Shown: positions 36,979 to 50,130, counted from the stretch's first letter. The stretch is 64,000 bases of DNA from Eledone cirrhosa (GCA_964016885.1 OZ024755.1:18786001-18850000); one strand, 5' to 3'. Notes: generated by a model not told the origin, from the sequence alone. Made by a program: numbers and translations.

Positions 36979-37037
<59 letters not shown>

Positions 37038-37077
37038 GTGTATATGCATATATATACATCTGTGTATATGCATATAC

Positions 37078-37111
<34 letters not shown>

Positions 37112-37182
37112 ATACAGTATATATATATATATATAGTTATATATATATATTTATGTATATACATATATAAATACATATATAA

Positions 37183-37229
<47 letters not shown>

Positions 37230-37602
37230 ATGAGGAGAGGGTGGGATATTTTAGCAAGTGAAGGGGGCGGGTGGGGGATAGAAAGAAGAGAGAAAGAAAA
37301 ATGTGAAAAAGAATGAAAGTGAAAGAAACAGAAGAAAGAACAGAGGGAAGGAAATAAAGAAGAAAGATCAGTAGATTCAATCTATATTAAAATGTGTGGT
37401 ATAGTGTGTGTATATATATGAGTATGTGTATAGTGTGTGTATATATATGAGTGTGTGTATATGTGTGTATGTTTGATATGTATGAATATGTGATATGTGG
37501 GTGTGTGATATGTGTGGTATGTATATATATATATATATACATATATAGATGTGTGTGTGTGTGTGGGCGTGTATGATATATATGTGTGTGATACATATCA
37601 GC

Positions 37603-37652
<50 letters not shown>

Positions 37653-37654
<2 letters not shown>

Positions 37655-37892
37655 AAGGCGGGTAAAATTCCCGAGATCCATGGACGAGTTCTCTCCAGCG
37701 GTCTCTGTCCCTCATTATCGCTGCCATGTCCTGCGTCTCCAACAGACCAGTGTCTGTCCTTAGGGCATCAACATACGTTAACCTTGGTCTTCCTCTTCTA
37801 GTGTGTCCATGTAGGGGCTCCCACAGGAGCACTGAGTGCAATGTCAACTCTGGATGTCGGTGAGCATGTCCACCTAACCTCAGTCTCCTCTG
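37653..37892 (-). mobile_element. RTE-X-like LINE 3' end
   Basis: LHSVLLWEPLHGHTRRGRPRLTYVDALRTDTGL...DRDRWRELV...YPP*, with (TA)n immediately after the stop. Confidence 0.8.
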
Positions 37893-38119
37893 AGGATTTG
37901 ATGCGGGAGGTTGAGACTGTGTCGATGAGTGTGGGGCTGAGAGTGAATGAGACTAAAACAAAATATCTGGTAGAGAATGTTGAGAAGCCAGAGGGGATCA
38001 CTAATGAAGCCGCTAGAATTGGTTGAGGGCTTCCTGTATTTGGGAGCAAAGATTGGGAATACGGAAGATGATGTGGTTGAGAGGAAGAGCAAGGCGTGGG
38101 TGGCGTGCCACAGCTTGAG
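37893..38119 (+). mobile_element. Inverted upstream RT fragment, probably of the same RTE-X-like insertion
   Basis: EDLMREVETVSMSVGLRVNETKTKYL.../LELVEGFLYLG...ERKSKAW carries RT-end motifs GLxxNxxKT and FxYLG, opposite in orientation to the adjoining 3' end. Confidence 0.75.
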
Positions 38120-38207
38120 ATATATATATATATATATGTGTGTGTGTTTGCATGAACATGTGTATATATGCATGGGTTTGGGTATGAGCATATATATATA
38201 TATATAT

Positions 38208-38545
38208 ATCATCATCATCATCATTATTATTTTACGCCCGCTTTTCCCTGCTTGCCAGGGTCGGACGGGAACTGATTCTGGCTTGATTTCTACAGCTGGA
38301 TGCCCTTCCTAACACCAACCTCATTTACAGTGAGTGCTGGGTGCTTTTTTTGCCGTGGCACCTCCACGACCACTTTGCAGTGGAATGATATGGACCCCAG
38401 TCCCTATCATCTCATTTCTACAGCTGAGTAAACTGGAGCAATGTGAAATAAAGTGTCTTGCTCAAGGAAACCACACATCACCCGGTCTGAGAATTGAACT
38501 CACAACCTTTTGATTGTAAGGCCAATGCTCTAACCACTAAGCCAG
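38208..38545 (-). mobile_element. SINE family B (tRNA head + CORE-like domain + RTE tail), nearly full length
   Basis: Reverse complement of 48393-48729. Confidence 0.85.
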
Positions 38546-38569
38546 GTATATATATATATATATATAGAG

Positions 38570-38675
38570 AGAGAGATGACGAAGAACCGTGACAAGTGGA
38601 GAGATGCTGTGCTGAATAGGACCCGTCCAACCCTTGCAAGCAGGGAAAAGCGGATGTAAGATGATGGTGATGATG
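38570..38675 (+). mobile_element. RTE LINE extreme 3' end
   Basis: GAGATGACGAAGAACCGTGACAAGTGGAGAGATGCTGTGCTGAATAGGACCCGTCC...GGGAAAAGCGGA. Confidence 0.8.
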
Positions 38676-38882
38676 TGAGTATGTAGTATATATATGTATA
38701 TGTGTGTGGGTGTGTGTATATACATCTATAGTTTAATGTGTGTGATTTATTTAGAGTATGTTTTGGTAGAAACTGTGCATCATTTCCTGGAGATGTTTAG
38801 ATAAAACCTACCAGAGAATGGATGAACAAGTAAAACTGGAAATATATATATATACACACTTATACACTAATATATTACCTTT

Positions 38883-39650
38883 GTGTATATACGTATGTAT
38901 GTATATATGTATATGTATGCATGAATGTATGTATATATGTGTATGTATGCATGAATGTATGTATGTATGTATATATGTATGTGCATGCATGTATGTATAT
39001 ATGTGTATGCATGAATGTATGTATATATGTGTGTGTATGCATGAATGTATGTATATGTGTGTGTGTATGCATGCATGTATGTATATATGTGTGTGTATGC
39101 ATGAATGTATGCATGTATGTATATGTGTGTATGCATGAATGTATGTATATATGTGTATGTATGCATGAATGTATGTATGTATGTATATATGTATGTGTAT
39201 GCATGCATCTATGTATATATGTGTATGCATGAATGTATGAATGTATGTATATATGTGTGTGTATACTTGAATGTATGTATATGTGTGTATATATGCATGT
39301 ATGTATATATGTGTATGTATGCATGTATGTATATATGTATGTGTATGCATGAATGTATATATGTGTATGTATGCATGTATGTATATATATGTATGTGTAT
39401 GCATGAAGCATGTATATGTGTGTATGTATGCATATATGTGTATGTTTGTGTATGTATGTGTGTGTGTGTATTATGTATGTATATATATATGTGTGTGTGT
39501 GTGTATTATGTATGTATATATGTGTGTGTGCGTGAGGGGGTATGTATGTATATATGTGTATGTATGCATGTATCCACACGTGTGCATCTGCATGTATGTG
39601 TACATATGGATGTGTGTGTATGTGTGAATATATATATATGGTGTGTGTGT
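38883..39650. repeat. (TATG)n/(TG)n compound microsatellite
   Basis: Visible directly. Confidence 0.9.
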
Positions 39651-39659
39651 TTGTGGGGG

Positions 39660-39857
39660 ATTTATGGGAACAAGACATGGCTAATGAATGTGGAGCAACA
39701 GAGAAGACTGGGAAGAATGGAAATGAGAATGGTTCAATGGATGATTGAAGTATTGCTGAGAGAGAAGATGACAGGAATAGAATCAATGATGAAATGGTTG
39801 GGTCATGTGTTGAGGAAGGATGGAAATAACTGGATGAGAGCAGTGATGGAAATGATT
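39660..39857 (+). mobile_element. Highly degraded RTE fragment
   Basis: YGNKTW...RRLGRMEMRMVQWM...KWLGHVLRKD. Confidence 0.6.
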
Positions 39858-40070
39858 GGGTGAGAGGGGTGATGGAAATGACTGGGTGAGAGGGGTGATG
39901 GAAATAACTGGGTGAGAGGGGTGATGGAAGTGATTGGATGAGAGGGGTGATGGAAATGACTGGGTGAGAGGGGTGATGGAAATAACTGGGTGAGAGGGGT
40001 GATGGAAGTGATTGGATGAGAGGGGTGATGGAAGTGATTGGATGAGAGGGGTGATGGAAATGACTGGGTG
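39858..40070. repeat. 26-bp G-rich minisatellite, about 8 copies
   Basis: Unit GGGTGAGAGGGGTGATGGAAATGACT. Confidence 0.85.
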
Positions 40071-40933
40071 ATAGTATCAGCAATGGAAAGACCACTGTTA
40101 CCTTGGTCTGATCTGATAATTGGCTTTGTTTTACCTTTTCTTTACTTGTATATGACCATAACTCAAACATAAGTAATGTATTTAGTACTGATTACTTAAC
40201 GAGCAGTGTGAAACGGAGTCTACATTTCACATCTGGCCAGTGCTTATTACCAGCAATGGTGTGTGAGGGAGTGGGGCACATTTCACATCTGGCCTAGGCT
40301 TATTACTAGTAATGGGGTGAGGGGCCACATATTACATATGGTCTGGGCTCATTATCAACAACGGGGTGGGGCATGGCCCACACTGCATATCTGCTCTAGA
40401 CCTATTACGAGCATTGTACAGGTTTGAGCATATTAGTAGTACATATTTTATCAATCTAGTATATTCTGAGCACAGAATAAAATTCAGTATGGTGAAATAA
40501 TGAACTATCTTGTCTGATATTCAATCTCGTTTTTTAAGTTAATTGAACATTTATTTATTCAATTTCATTTCAACTGCTATCTGTAAAATAGATCAACGTT
40601 TTTATCTTCATGGAAGTCTTTTACCCTGTTAACATTAGTTGAACATATTCTTCACATTATCTCACATCAGTAAGATGACATAATGTTGAGGGCCACATAT
40701 GTCATTAACCAAAACAAGAAAACAAAAAGAAAAGAAAAAATTTAAAATAAAACAGCACAGCAATGGTTTTTAAACAAATGGGCTTATTTAACACAGAAGT
40801 CAAAACATTGAAATGGATATAACAGTGGAACTGAGTAAATTTATAAATAACCAAGTAATACAAATGTTTTTAGTTTTAAATAGCATGGAAGGTGAGTGGT
40901 AGATGGTAATATATATTATTATTTCTACTATTA

Positions 40934-41515
40934 GGGCAGTGGATTGGCAGTATCGGTAGAGAATCGGACGCCATGCTTTCCAGCATAGTTACATCCCTTT
41001 ACAGTCTGAGTTCAAATCCCGCCGAGGTTTACGGGGTCGATAAAATAAAGTACCAGTAATACACTGGGTTATTGCTGGCCTTGTGCCTAAAGTAGAAACA
41101 ATTATTTCTACTATAGGCAGTGGATTGGCAGTATCGGTAGCAGGTTGAACGCCATGCTTTGACTCAGAGTTATGACCCTTGCCATTCTGAGTTCAAATCC
41201 CCCCAAGGTTATCTTTGCCTTTCATCCTTACGGGGTCGATAAAATAAAGTACCAGTAATGTACTGGGTAATTGCTGGCCTTGTGCCAAAAAGTAGAAACA
41301 ACTATTTCTACTATAGGCACAAGGCCAGCAATTGGGGGGGGGGGGGTGATTAAATCGACCCCAGAGCATTACTGGTGCTTTATTTTATTGACGCCATAAG
41401 GATGAAAGGCAAACCTAACCTCAGTAGGATTTGAACTCAGAATGTAAAGTGCCGCAACTCTATACCGCAAAACATATTGTCCGACGCTCTACCGCTTCTG
41501 CTAATCCACCGACCT
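40934..41515. mobile_element. Three SINE family A copies (+ tandem, + tandem, - tail-to-tail)
   Basis: 40934-41105 (+), 41116-41303 (+), 41304-41515 (-). ATTTCTACTAT recurs at each junction. Confidence 0.8.
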
Positions 41516-42062
41516 AATATATATTATATTTAAAGGGTAATAAAGCCGAATCTACTATTACAGTACACAATGTCTGTCAAATAGGGATCCTTCATTAAAT
41601 AATGATAATCTACGTCAATAATGTCTTTTACTGTTTATTTTGCTATATTCCTAATGAGTTCCACACTGGAGACATGATGGAGGTAAAATAACTGATTGGA
41701 ATTAGATAAGGGACGTGTAAGAATATATAAACAGTTAAAATAAATACAACAATAATGCCTTCCATTTATTCTAGGTGAAGTTCCCAATGGAGATTGAAGA
41801 CTTGGCATATTTAAACAATCAGAAAATTGGGGGTTTTTTTTTGCTTAAGAATAGTAATTTTTTGATCGTGAAGATGTGTTGCCTGGTGATTAGGATTAGG
41901 GTGGTGGTGGTTAGAATCACAATCATAAAGTTGTGGGTTCAGTTCCTGAATAGAGGGGCACATTGTGTCCTTGAACAAGACACTTCATTTTATGAGTGCC
42001 AGCAGTATCTGTGGTGGGGTGGGGGGTAACCTCTGCAACAGAGAGGATTGGGGACTCTATCA

Positions 42063-42289
42063 TTAACCCTTTAGCATTTACATTATTCTATATTTGCTAT
42101 TGTATTACAACAGTAAAGGCTTTACCTCACATAATTCTCACATAATATCGAATCTACAAGATTTTGATGTTATTTATTTTGAGAACAATACCTTAACATC
42201 AGTATGAGTGGTGAGTTACAGCTGCTTTGAATAGAAAAAGGTGAGAGAATTCTGACCGGATACACTTGGTTTAAATGCTAAAGGGTTAA
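42063..42289 (-). mobile_element. piggyBac-like MITE M1, complete
   Basis: TTAA-CCCTTTAGCATTTA ... TAAATGCTAAAGGG-TTAA. Confidence 0.85.
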
Positions 42290-42425
42290 TACACCTTTAA
42301 ATGAAGAAAGCAACAGGCATTCAGACAGCAGAAACCAACATGAATTCTACAAAGTCAATTCATCTGGAATTCCAAAGGAAGCCAGGGAAGACTCACCAGT
42401 CATTGATGAATATATATATATAATT

Positions 42426-42618
42426 CAACCAACCAAGTGGCCAAAGTCTTCATAAACTACTGCTGGACAAACCAAGAAGTGGCCAAAGTCATATTCTTCA
42501 TCGACTTACCACTGGTCAACCAACCAACCAACAAAAGTCTTCATAAACTACCACTGGACAACCAACCAAGTGGTCAAAGGCTTAGTCTTCTGCAACTTAC
42601 TGCTGGACAACCAACAAT
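42426..42618. repeat. Degenerate short tandem duplication
   Basis: Repeated CAACCAACCAAGTGGCCAAAGTCTTCATAAACTAC..CTGGA. Confidence 0.6.
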
Positions 42619-43557
42619 GGAGAAAAAATAAATTATTCTAGAACAGGAGCCAATACTCTCCATTGGAGCAGATAAGAAATGGTAACTTTATAATTATAAG
42701 AAATATAAAAGAGTATATATGTACAAGAGTACTTCTAATTTCCCCAAATCAAAACCATAATACCAGTCTGTCCAAAACTGGCTCTCGTTCTATAAAACAA
42801 AAACCAACCACTTTAAATTAACATCTTTCAACATAATTTTATGTAAGAACCATATGTTAAGTTATTATCTTAGAAATGAAATAAATTTTAGTAAGTCCCT
42901 TAAGAATCTTTATCAATTAATTGAAATTGAGTGTATTTCATTTAAAATCTGTTCACAAAAGAGTTAAGGCTGTCATAGCTTAAAGAACATTACCTATCAA
43001 AACCTGCTGGCATTCATATTTTCACACCTCACACCTGAACACTTATTTCCAACAAAACTAGAATTTCCTAGTCACTTAAAACCTTGCTGAATTAATCTAA
43101 CTTCCTCTACCTTCCACAGATATAAAACATCTGTTGGCAAGGGCTGTTCTGTAGGAAGTTTCAGGAAGGATATATAATGGATTGAAAGCTTTTTTTTTCT
43201 TTTTCTTATTTCTATTTTGTTTTTATTCTTCTATCAGTATGTTTATTTTTGTTTAAATTAGTATTTGTATATAAATTATATTTTCTCCTCCCTAAACCAA
43301 CACAATCCAAGATAACTGTTTAGAATGCCCAGACACAGGCAGCCACTCCTTCACATTGCCAAAACAAATAGTTATTTATTTTCCTTCATCTTGCTAACAC
43401 ATTCATATTTTCACCACAAATGACTTTCTACTTCTTGCAACCTCCATTCATAGAAACGTATGTCCCTACTAAACACTCATCTCAAACTATTACACTTCAC
43501 TTAAGCTTAATAGTGGAGGCACGTAGTCTAGTGTTAAGGGTGTTGGACTTATGGTCA

Positions 43558-43741
43558 TAATTGTTTCTACTTTAGGCACAAGGCCAGCAAATACCCAGAG
43601 TGCATTACTGGTACTTTATTTTATCGACCCCCGTAAGGATGAAAGGCAAAGTCAACCTCGGCGGGATTTGAACTCAGATCGTAAAGGGACGTAACTCTAT
43701 GCTGGAAAGCATGGCGTCCGACCCTCTACCTATACTGCCAA
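43558..43741 (-). mobile_element. SINE family A inserted in another tRNA-like head (43515-43765)
   Basis: Family A reverse complement flanked by (G)GTCATAAT / GATCATAAT. The host reads GGAGGCACGTAGTCTAGTG...GGGTTCAAATC. Confidence 0.75.
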
Positions 43742-45165
43742 TGATCATAATGTGGGTTCAAATCAATACAATGAAGATACTGGGGGCTAAATTGTGGCTT
43801 CTTTGTAAACAGGCCATTCTTTATCATCATCATCATCATCATCATCATCATTCAAACAGACATTAAATGATGATGATGGTGATAATAATGAGGATGTTGA
43901 TGAATGGCCATGTTTACAACAAACCAACATTATTAAGTGATGGATAACACATAGCAGCTAATGAACAGAACAGGTTAATTAGAATAATTTCATATTCAGG
44001 GTTAACATCTATCTCACCTTCACATGAAAATAATTACATTATAAATGTTTTAAATTCAATTTACATGAAAACTGTGACTAAAACAAGCTTTACTGATACG
44101 TTAACTGTCAGTAAATTCTTCTGTATAGATTTCTTATACGATTATAAAACCTTAAATGTGTAAAAGGAAGAATAGAAATTGTGTGACAGTCATACCTTTC
44201 TCAAACACAGTGATATATTGTATATACTCAAATATAAGCAGACCCCCAATTCTATGTTTGAGAAATAGGCATAATATAATTGAAAAGCGCCCAGTCCAAA
44301 CTGTAAGGTGGTTCTTTTAGTACCATCATTAAAAGCACCCAGTTCACACTGTAACATGGTTAGTGTTAGGAAGGGCATCCAGCCATAGAAACCAAGCCAA
44401 AAATACAGATCCATATGAGCATGACATGGTAACAAAAAGGTTAAAAACAAAAAGCACTGAAAAACTCATTAGAAAACCTCATTCAAAATACTTGACATAG
44501 ATATTGTCTCCTGGGAACAATTTTCTTTATATCATTATTCATAAGATCTTAATCTCATGGATGGTGAAACAACTGTTGATAAAACCAAACCCAAAGAAGC
44601 ATGGAAGCGTAACAGAAACTAACTCTTTATTTCAGTTTAGGCAAGTCTAGAAACAGATCAAATTTAATCCAAAACATCAAATCATTTAAAATTAACTCCT
44701 ACTTCAGCTATTTTAACTGATTAACCATATGATTTACTTAGAGAATAATTTCATGTGGAAACAATAACTAGTTTTCTCAATAGCTGTGAACTTAAAAACG
44801 TTAAAGTTATACAGTCTATTTTTGTTTTGTGTTTTAATTTTTAATTTTATTTAGAATGTTTGTATGGAGTAATGTAAGATGAGAAGCTTTGTTAAATCCA
44901 TAAACACTGATAGGAGAGTAAATGTATATCCAGAACATAGTGACAACATAACTTTCCTTTTCTTTCTCATTCACAGACGAAGGGCAAAAGCCTGGAAAGG
45001 TAATTTCTTCACCCCACATGGCAATAAATTCAATTTAACCAACTCTTCCATGAACTCTCCTACGGGGGAATATACTCTATACATGTATTCTTTTACTGGT
45101 TTCATGAGACTGAGCTCATGTGGAGGTGCCAGCTTGAAATATTTGCTAGCCTACATATCAATAAG

Positions 45166-45470
45166 AATTGTTTCTACTTTTGGCACAAGGCCAGCAATTA
45201 TCCCAGTGTATTACTGGTACTTTATTTTATCGACCCCCGTAAGGATGAAAGGTAAAGTTAACCTCGGTGGGATTTGAACTCAGACCATAAAGGGCCGTAA
45301 CTCTTTGCTGCAAAGCATGGCGTCCAACACCTCTACCAATACTGCCAATCCACACAATAATAATTGTTTCTACTTTTGACACAAGGCCAGCAATTACCCA
45401 GTACATTACTGGTACTTCATTTTATCGACCCCGTAAGGATGAAAGGCAAAGTTAACCTCGGCGGGATTTC
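45166..45470 (-). mobile_element. Two SINE family A copies
   Basis: 45166-45352 full length, 45360-45470 truncated. Confidence 0.8.
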
Positions 45471-45967
45471 AATAATAATGTAATTTAAACACATGAGTAT
45501 CAGTTTTTAGTGGAAGGGGAAAGTTGATTCAATCGACCTCAGTACTTAACTGGTACTTTATTTTATCAACCCTGGATTGATAAAATAAAGTACCAGTAAT
45601 GTACTGAGTAATTGCTGGCCTGAAATGAAATTTGAACACAGAATGACAAGTTTGCCCATCATGGAAACTATTGACAAGATTCCAAACTCATTCACTTATT
45701 GAGTGGGGTGGAACTCATCAAACTGGACCAAAGAAACAATGTTTCCATTGGTTTTTCTAACTAACTCGCTCACATCCTACCCAATTAAGCTTAACAACTG
45801 CATACTTTATCTAGTCTACAAAGCAAACTAGAGACATAAGCTTTGTATAAATGTGAATAGTGTGTAATATACTCTTTTACTCTTTTACCTGTTTCAGCCA
45901 TCCGGCTGAGGCCATGCTGGGGCACCGCCCTTATATATATATATATAAGTAATTATATATATATATA

Positions 45968-46155
45968 AAGCACCCAGCACTCACTGTAAATGAGGTTGGT
46001 GTTAGGAAGGGCATCCAGCTGTAGAAATCAAGCCAGATCAGTTCCTGTATGAGCAAGGCATGGTCAGCCGACCAGACACTGCCCACAACAGGACAACCCG
46101 TCTAACCCATGCTAGCGTGGAAGAACGGACGTAAAACGGTGATGATGATGATGAT
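45968..46155 (+). mobile_element. SINE family B/C 3' part
   Basis: AAAGCACCCAGCACTCACTG...CCCATGCTAGCGTGGAAGAACGGACGTAAAA-(GAT)n; near-identical to 62950-63133. Confidence 0.75.
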
Positions 46156-46157
46156 GA

Positions 46158-46343
46158 ATTCCGGGTTGAATCGGAGGTAACCACAGTAAGTAAGGTACTC
46201 AATACATAGTAGAGTATAAATGTTTTAATATAGAAGAGCTTCTACAGGACTAGAACTGTTTCATTCGTGAGAAATCATCAGGAAGCCCCTGATGATTTCT
46301 CACGGATGAAACAGTTCTAGTCCTGTAGAAGCTCTTCTATAGT

Positions 46344-46346
<3 letters not shown>
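46158..46346 (-). mobile_element. Fold-back Penelope-like remnant (family H1)
   Basis: Tail 46158-46237 is the reverse complement of 48097-48176; palindrome at 46224-46346; (TA)n follows. Confidence 0.7.
46238..46286 (-). ncRNA. Type I hammerhead ribozyme motif (H1)
   Basis: Reverse complement reads GCTTC-CTGATGA-TTTC/TCAC/GAAT-GAAA-CAG/TTCTAGTC/CTG-TA-GAAGC. Confidence 0.8.
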
Positions 46347-46377
<31 letters not shown>

Positions 46378-46437
46378 GATAGCTCAGTATTATACATAGA
46401 GCACTCTTTCCTTTTGCTCTTTCTTCGGAAATACTTA

Positions 46438-46470
<33 letters not shown>

Positions 46471-46649
46471 GTGTATTGGTGTGTAACATTTAGTTACTAT
46501 TGATTCACCAGTTGGAGTACTAAGTGCTAATATGGATTTGGCTGCCAATGTACTATTCTACATTTGATATTTCACCGTAGTCATCATCCTTAAGAAGCAG
46601 TGTTATTATTAATATTATTATATTATATTATTATATATATATATATAGA

Positions 46650-46843
46650 AGGCGGTGGATTGGCAGTATCGGTAGAGGGTCGGACGTCATGCTTTGACGC
46701 ATAGAGTTATGGCCCTTGCCATTCTGAGTTCAAATCCCGCCGAGGTTAACTTTGCCTTTCATCCTTACGGGGGTCGATAAAATAAAGTACCAGTAATACA
46801 CTGGGGTAATTGCTGGCCTTGTGCCAAAAGTAGAAACAATTAT
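46650..46843 (+). mobile_element. SINE family A, full length
   Basis: Complete, with a (TAT)n tail. Confidence 0.85.
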
Positions 46844-46865
46844 TATTATTATTATATATATATAC

Positions 46866-47130
46866 AGTTTCCTTGAGCAAGACACTTTATTTCACATTGC
46901 TCCAGTTTACTCAGCTGTAGAAATGAGATGATAGGGACTGGGGTCCCTATCATTCCACTGCAAAGTGGTCGTGGAGGTGCCACGGCAAAAAAAGCACCCA
47001 GCACTCACTGTAAATGAGGTTGGTGTTAGGAAGGGCATCCAGCTGTAGAAATCAAGCCAGAATCAGTTCCTGTCCCACCCTTGCAAGCAGGGAAAAGTGG
47101 ACGTAAAATGATGATGATGATGATGATGAT
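46866..47130 (+). mobile_element. SINE family B, 5'-truncated
   Basis: From the CORE-like domain to the RTE tail and (GAT)n. Confidence 0.85.
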
Positions 47131-47779
47131 ATCATGATCAAAACCAACATGTTCTTCCACTTCTACTTTCTCTCTTGCAACATGTTCATACACATAAAAA
47201 AAAACCAACAAAAAAACAAAAAAAAACAAAAAAAAACCTACCAATTCCTATGAAGAAAGACTTAATGCAAAGAAAGACAAGATTGGAAGGGAATGGGATA
47301 AAGCTAAACAGAAAAGCCATACAAGATCTCTTTAAATAAGCAAATGTTCTCTATCTCTCTTCCAGATATTCTATGGCAATTACTTGTTTATACCCATGGG
47401 TACAAACGAAAAGGGTTGGGGTGCTTGACTAGGATTTTCCAGCCCCACAACTTATCTGTTTCATAGATATTGCTTTAAGGCCTTACCCTTAAATGTTTGG
47501 ACACTGATCCCTATTTTATAAGCTGGATATGGGACCATAAGAGAATAAAACATCTTGGCAGAATCCCAGCATTGAATTTGGTGTATTTCGTGTCAGGCCT
47601 GGATGTTTATAGATAAGAACTACACATATACACCACACTAAAACTCTGTCTGTGTGTGTATATATACATCACATATCAGTATACATATATATATATACAT
47701 CATATATGTATGTATACATCATATATGTGATATGTATATACATACCATATATCTGTATATGTATGTACACATCATGTAA

Positions 47780-47819
<40 letters not shown>

Positions 47820-47859
47820 GATATTAAACAAATGGAAACTATATTTATAAAACCATATT

Positions 47860-47925
47860 TATTTCATTATACATATTTCAGGGATACCATATTAAAAATA
47901 TGGCATGCCTTCGTCAGATAAAATA
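47860..47925 (-). ncRNA. Minimal type I hammerhead ribozyme motif
   Basis: Reverse complement reads TATTTTAT-CTGACGA-AGG.ATGCCATATT/TTT/AATATGGTAT.CCT-GAAA-TATGTA-TA-ATGAAATA. Confidence 0.78.
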
Positions 47926-47998
47926 CAATATATAAACAGTTTTATAAATAATTTCGACGTACCTATATATATATATATGTATATATATTAATATAGAT

Positions 47999-48051
47999 GA
48001 GATTCTACAGGGCTAGAACTGTTTCGTTCTATAGAAATCATCAGGAATCTC
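47999..48051 (-). ncRNA. Type I hammerhead ribozyme motif (H1) in fold-back element 47988-48179
   Basis: Reverse complement reads GAGATTC-CTGATGA-TTTC/TATA/GAAC-GAAA-CAG/TTCTAGCC/CTG-TA-GAATCTC. A partial plus-strand copy starts at 48053. Confidence 0.8.
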
Positions 48052-48178
48052 GTGATGATTTCTAAAGAATGAAACAGTTCTAGTCCTGTAGAATCTCATC
48101 TATATTAAAACTGTTATACTCTGCTATGTATTGAGTACCTTACTTACTGTGGATACCTCCGATTCAACCCGGAATAAC

Positions 48179-48729
<551 letters not shown>

Positions 48730-48868
48730 ATATATACACACACATACATACATCATATATCTATATATACGTACATCATATACCTATATATGTATGTACA
48801 TACGTCATATATCTGTATATGTATATATATATATATATATATACACATTATATGTGTATATATATATC

Positions 48869-49210
48869 GGAGGCACATGGCTTAGTGGTTAGAGCATTGG
48901 GCTTGCAATCGAAAGGTTGTGAGTTCATTTCTCAGACCGGGTGATGTGTTGTTTCCTTGAGCAAGACACTTTATTTCACATTGCTCCAGTTTACTCAGCT
49001 GTAGAAATGAGATGATAGGACTGGGGTCCCTATCATTCCACTGCAAAGTGGTCGTGGAGGTGCCACGGAAAAAAAGCACCCAGCACTCACTGTAAATGAG
49101 GTTGGTGTTAGGAAGGGCATCCAGCTGTAGAAATCAAGCCAGAATCAGTTCCCGTCCCACCCTTGCAAGCAGGGAAAAGTGGACGTAAAATGATGATGAT
49201 GATGATGATG
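48869..49210 (+). mobile_element. SINE family B, full length
   Basis: Near-identical to 48393-48729. Confidence 0.85.
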
Positions 49211-49302
49211 ATTATATATCCGTATATGTGTGTATATATATCCGTATATGTGTATATGTGTATAGACATCATACATCTGTAGATGTATATATATACATGT
49301 GC

Positions 49303-49334
<32 letters not shown>

Positions 49335-49987
49335 GATACACATCTGTATATGTATATGTGCATCATATATCTGTATATGTATGTATATATATATATATAT
49401 ATATACACCATATATCCACCAACACTACCACTTTAGAGAATATACCGCGTGTATTTTATCAAGGCATCAACACTACCACTTTACAGAATATACAAGGTGT
49501 CATGTACTTGGCAAGACTAGTCTTCTCTCTCCTATATTGCCCCTATTTAGTTAGAACACCAACCACTTTATAGTCAAACATTTTACTTTCCCCACCACTC
49601 AATTGCCTAATATGGAGTTATCGTTTAGAAGAGAAGAGAACAAAATAAATACAGTGGAACATGGAACCCTACCAGCTTTTGCACCCTTTATTTAACTTAA
49701 GAGACCTGACTCAATTTAATAAATGAATTGTTGTAAAATTTGAATTACATATTCTCTTTATTTAAAAAAGGAAAAGATTTCAAAGGGTTCATTTACCAGG
49801 ATATCTGTTTTCTTTTTTCTCTCTCATTATATGAAGATTATAAGACTAAGAGTTTAACTTTATCTTTTGATGGGTTCAATGTGAAGAAGCTAATCCAATA
49901 AAAGACTAAAGAACAATAACTGGATAAGAAATTGGAAAATATTTTAGTGTTTCCTGTAGAAGAATAGAAGAACAAAATAGTATTGAT

Positions 49988-50130
49988 GAGAGAGAAGGGT
50001 GGAGAAGGGGAGGGAGAGAAGGGTGGAGAAGGGGAGGGAGAGAAGGGTGGAGAAGGGGAGGGAGAGAAGGGTGGAGAAGGGTGGAGAAGGGAAGGAGAGA
50101 AGGGTGGAGAAGGGGAGGGAGAGACAGGTG
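49988..50130. repeat. 24-bp purine-rich minisatellite
   Basis: Unit GAGAGAAGGGTGGAGAAGGGGAGG. Confidence 0.8.
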
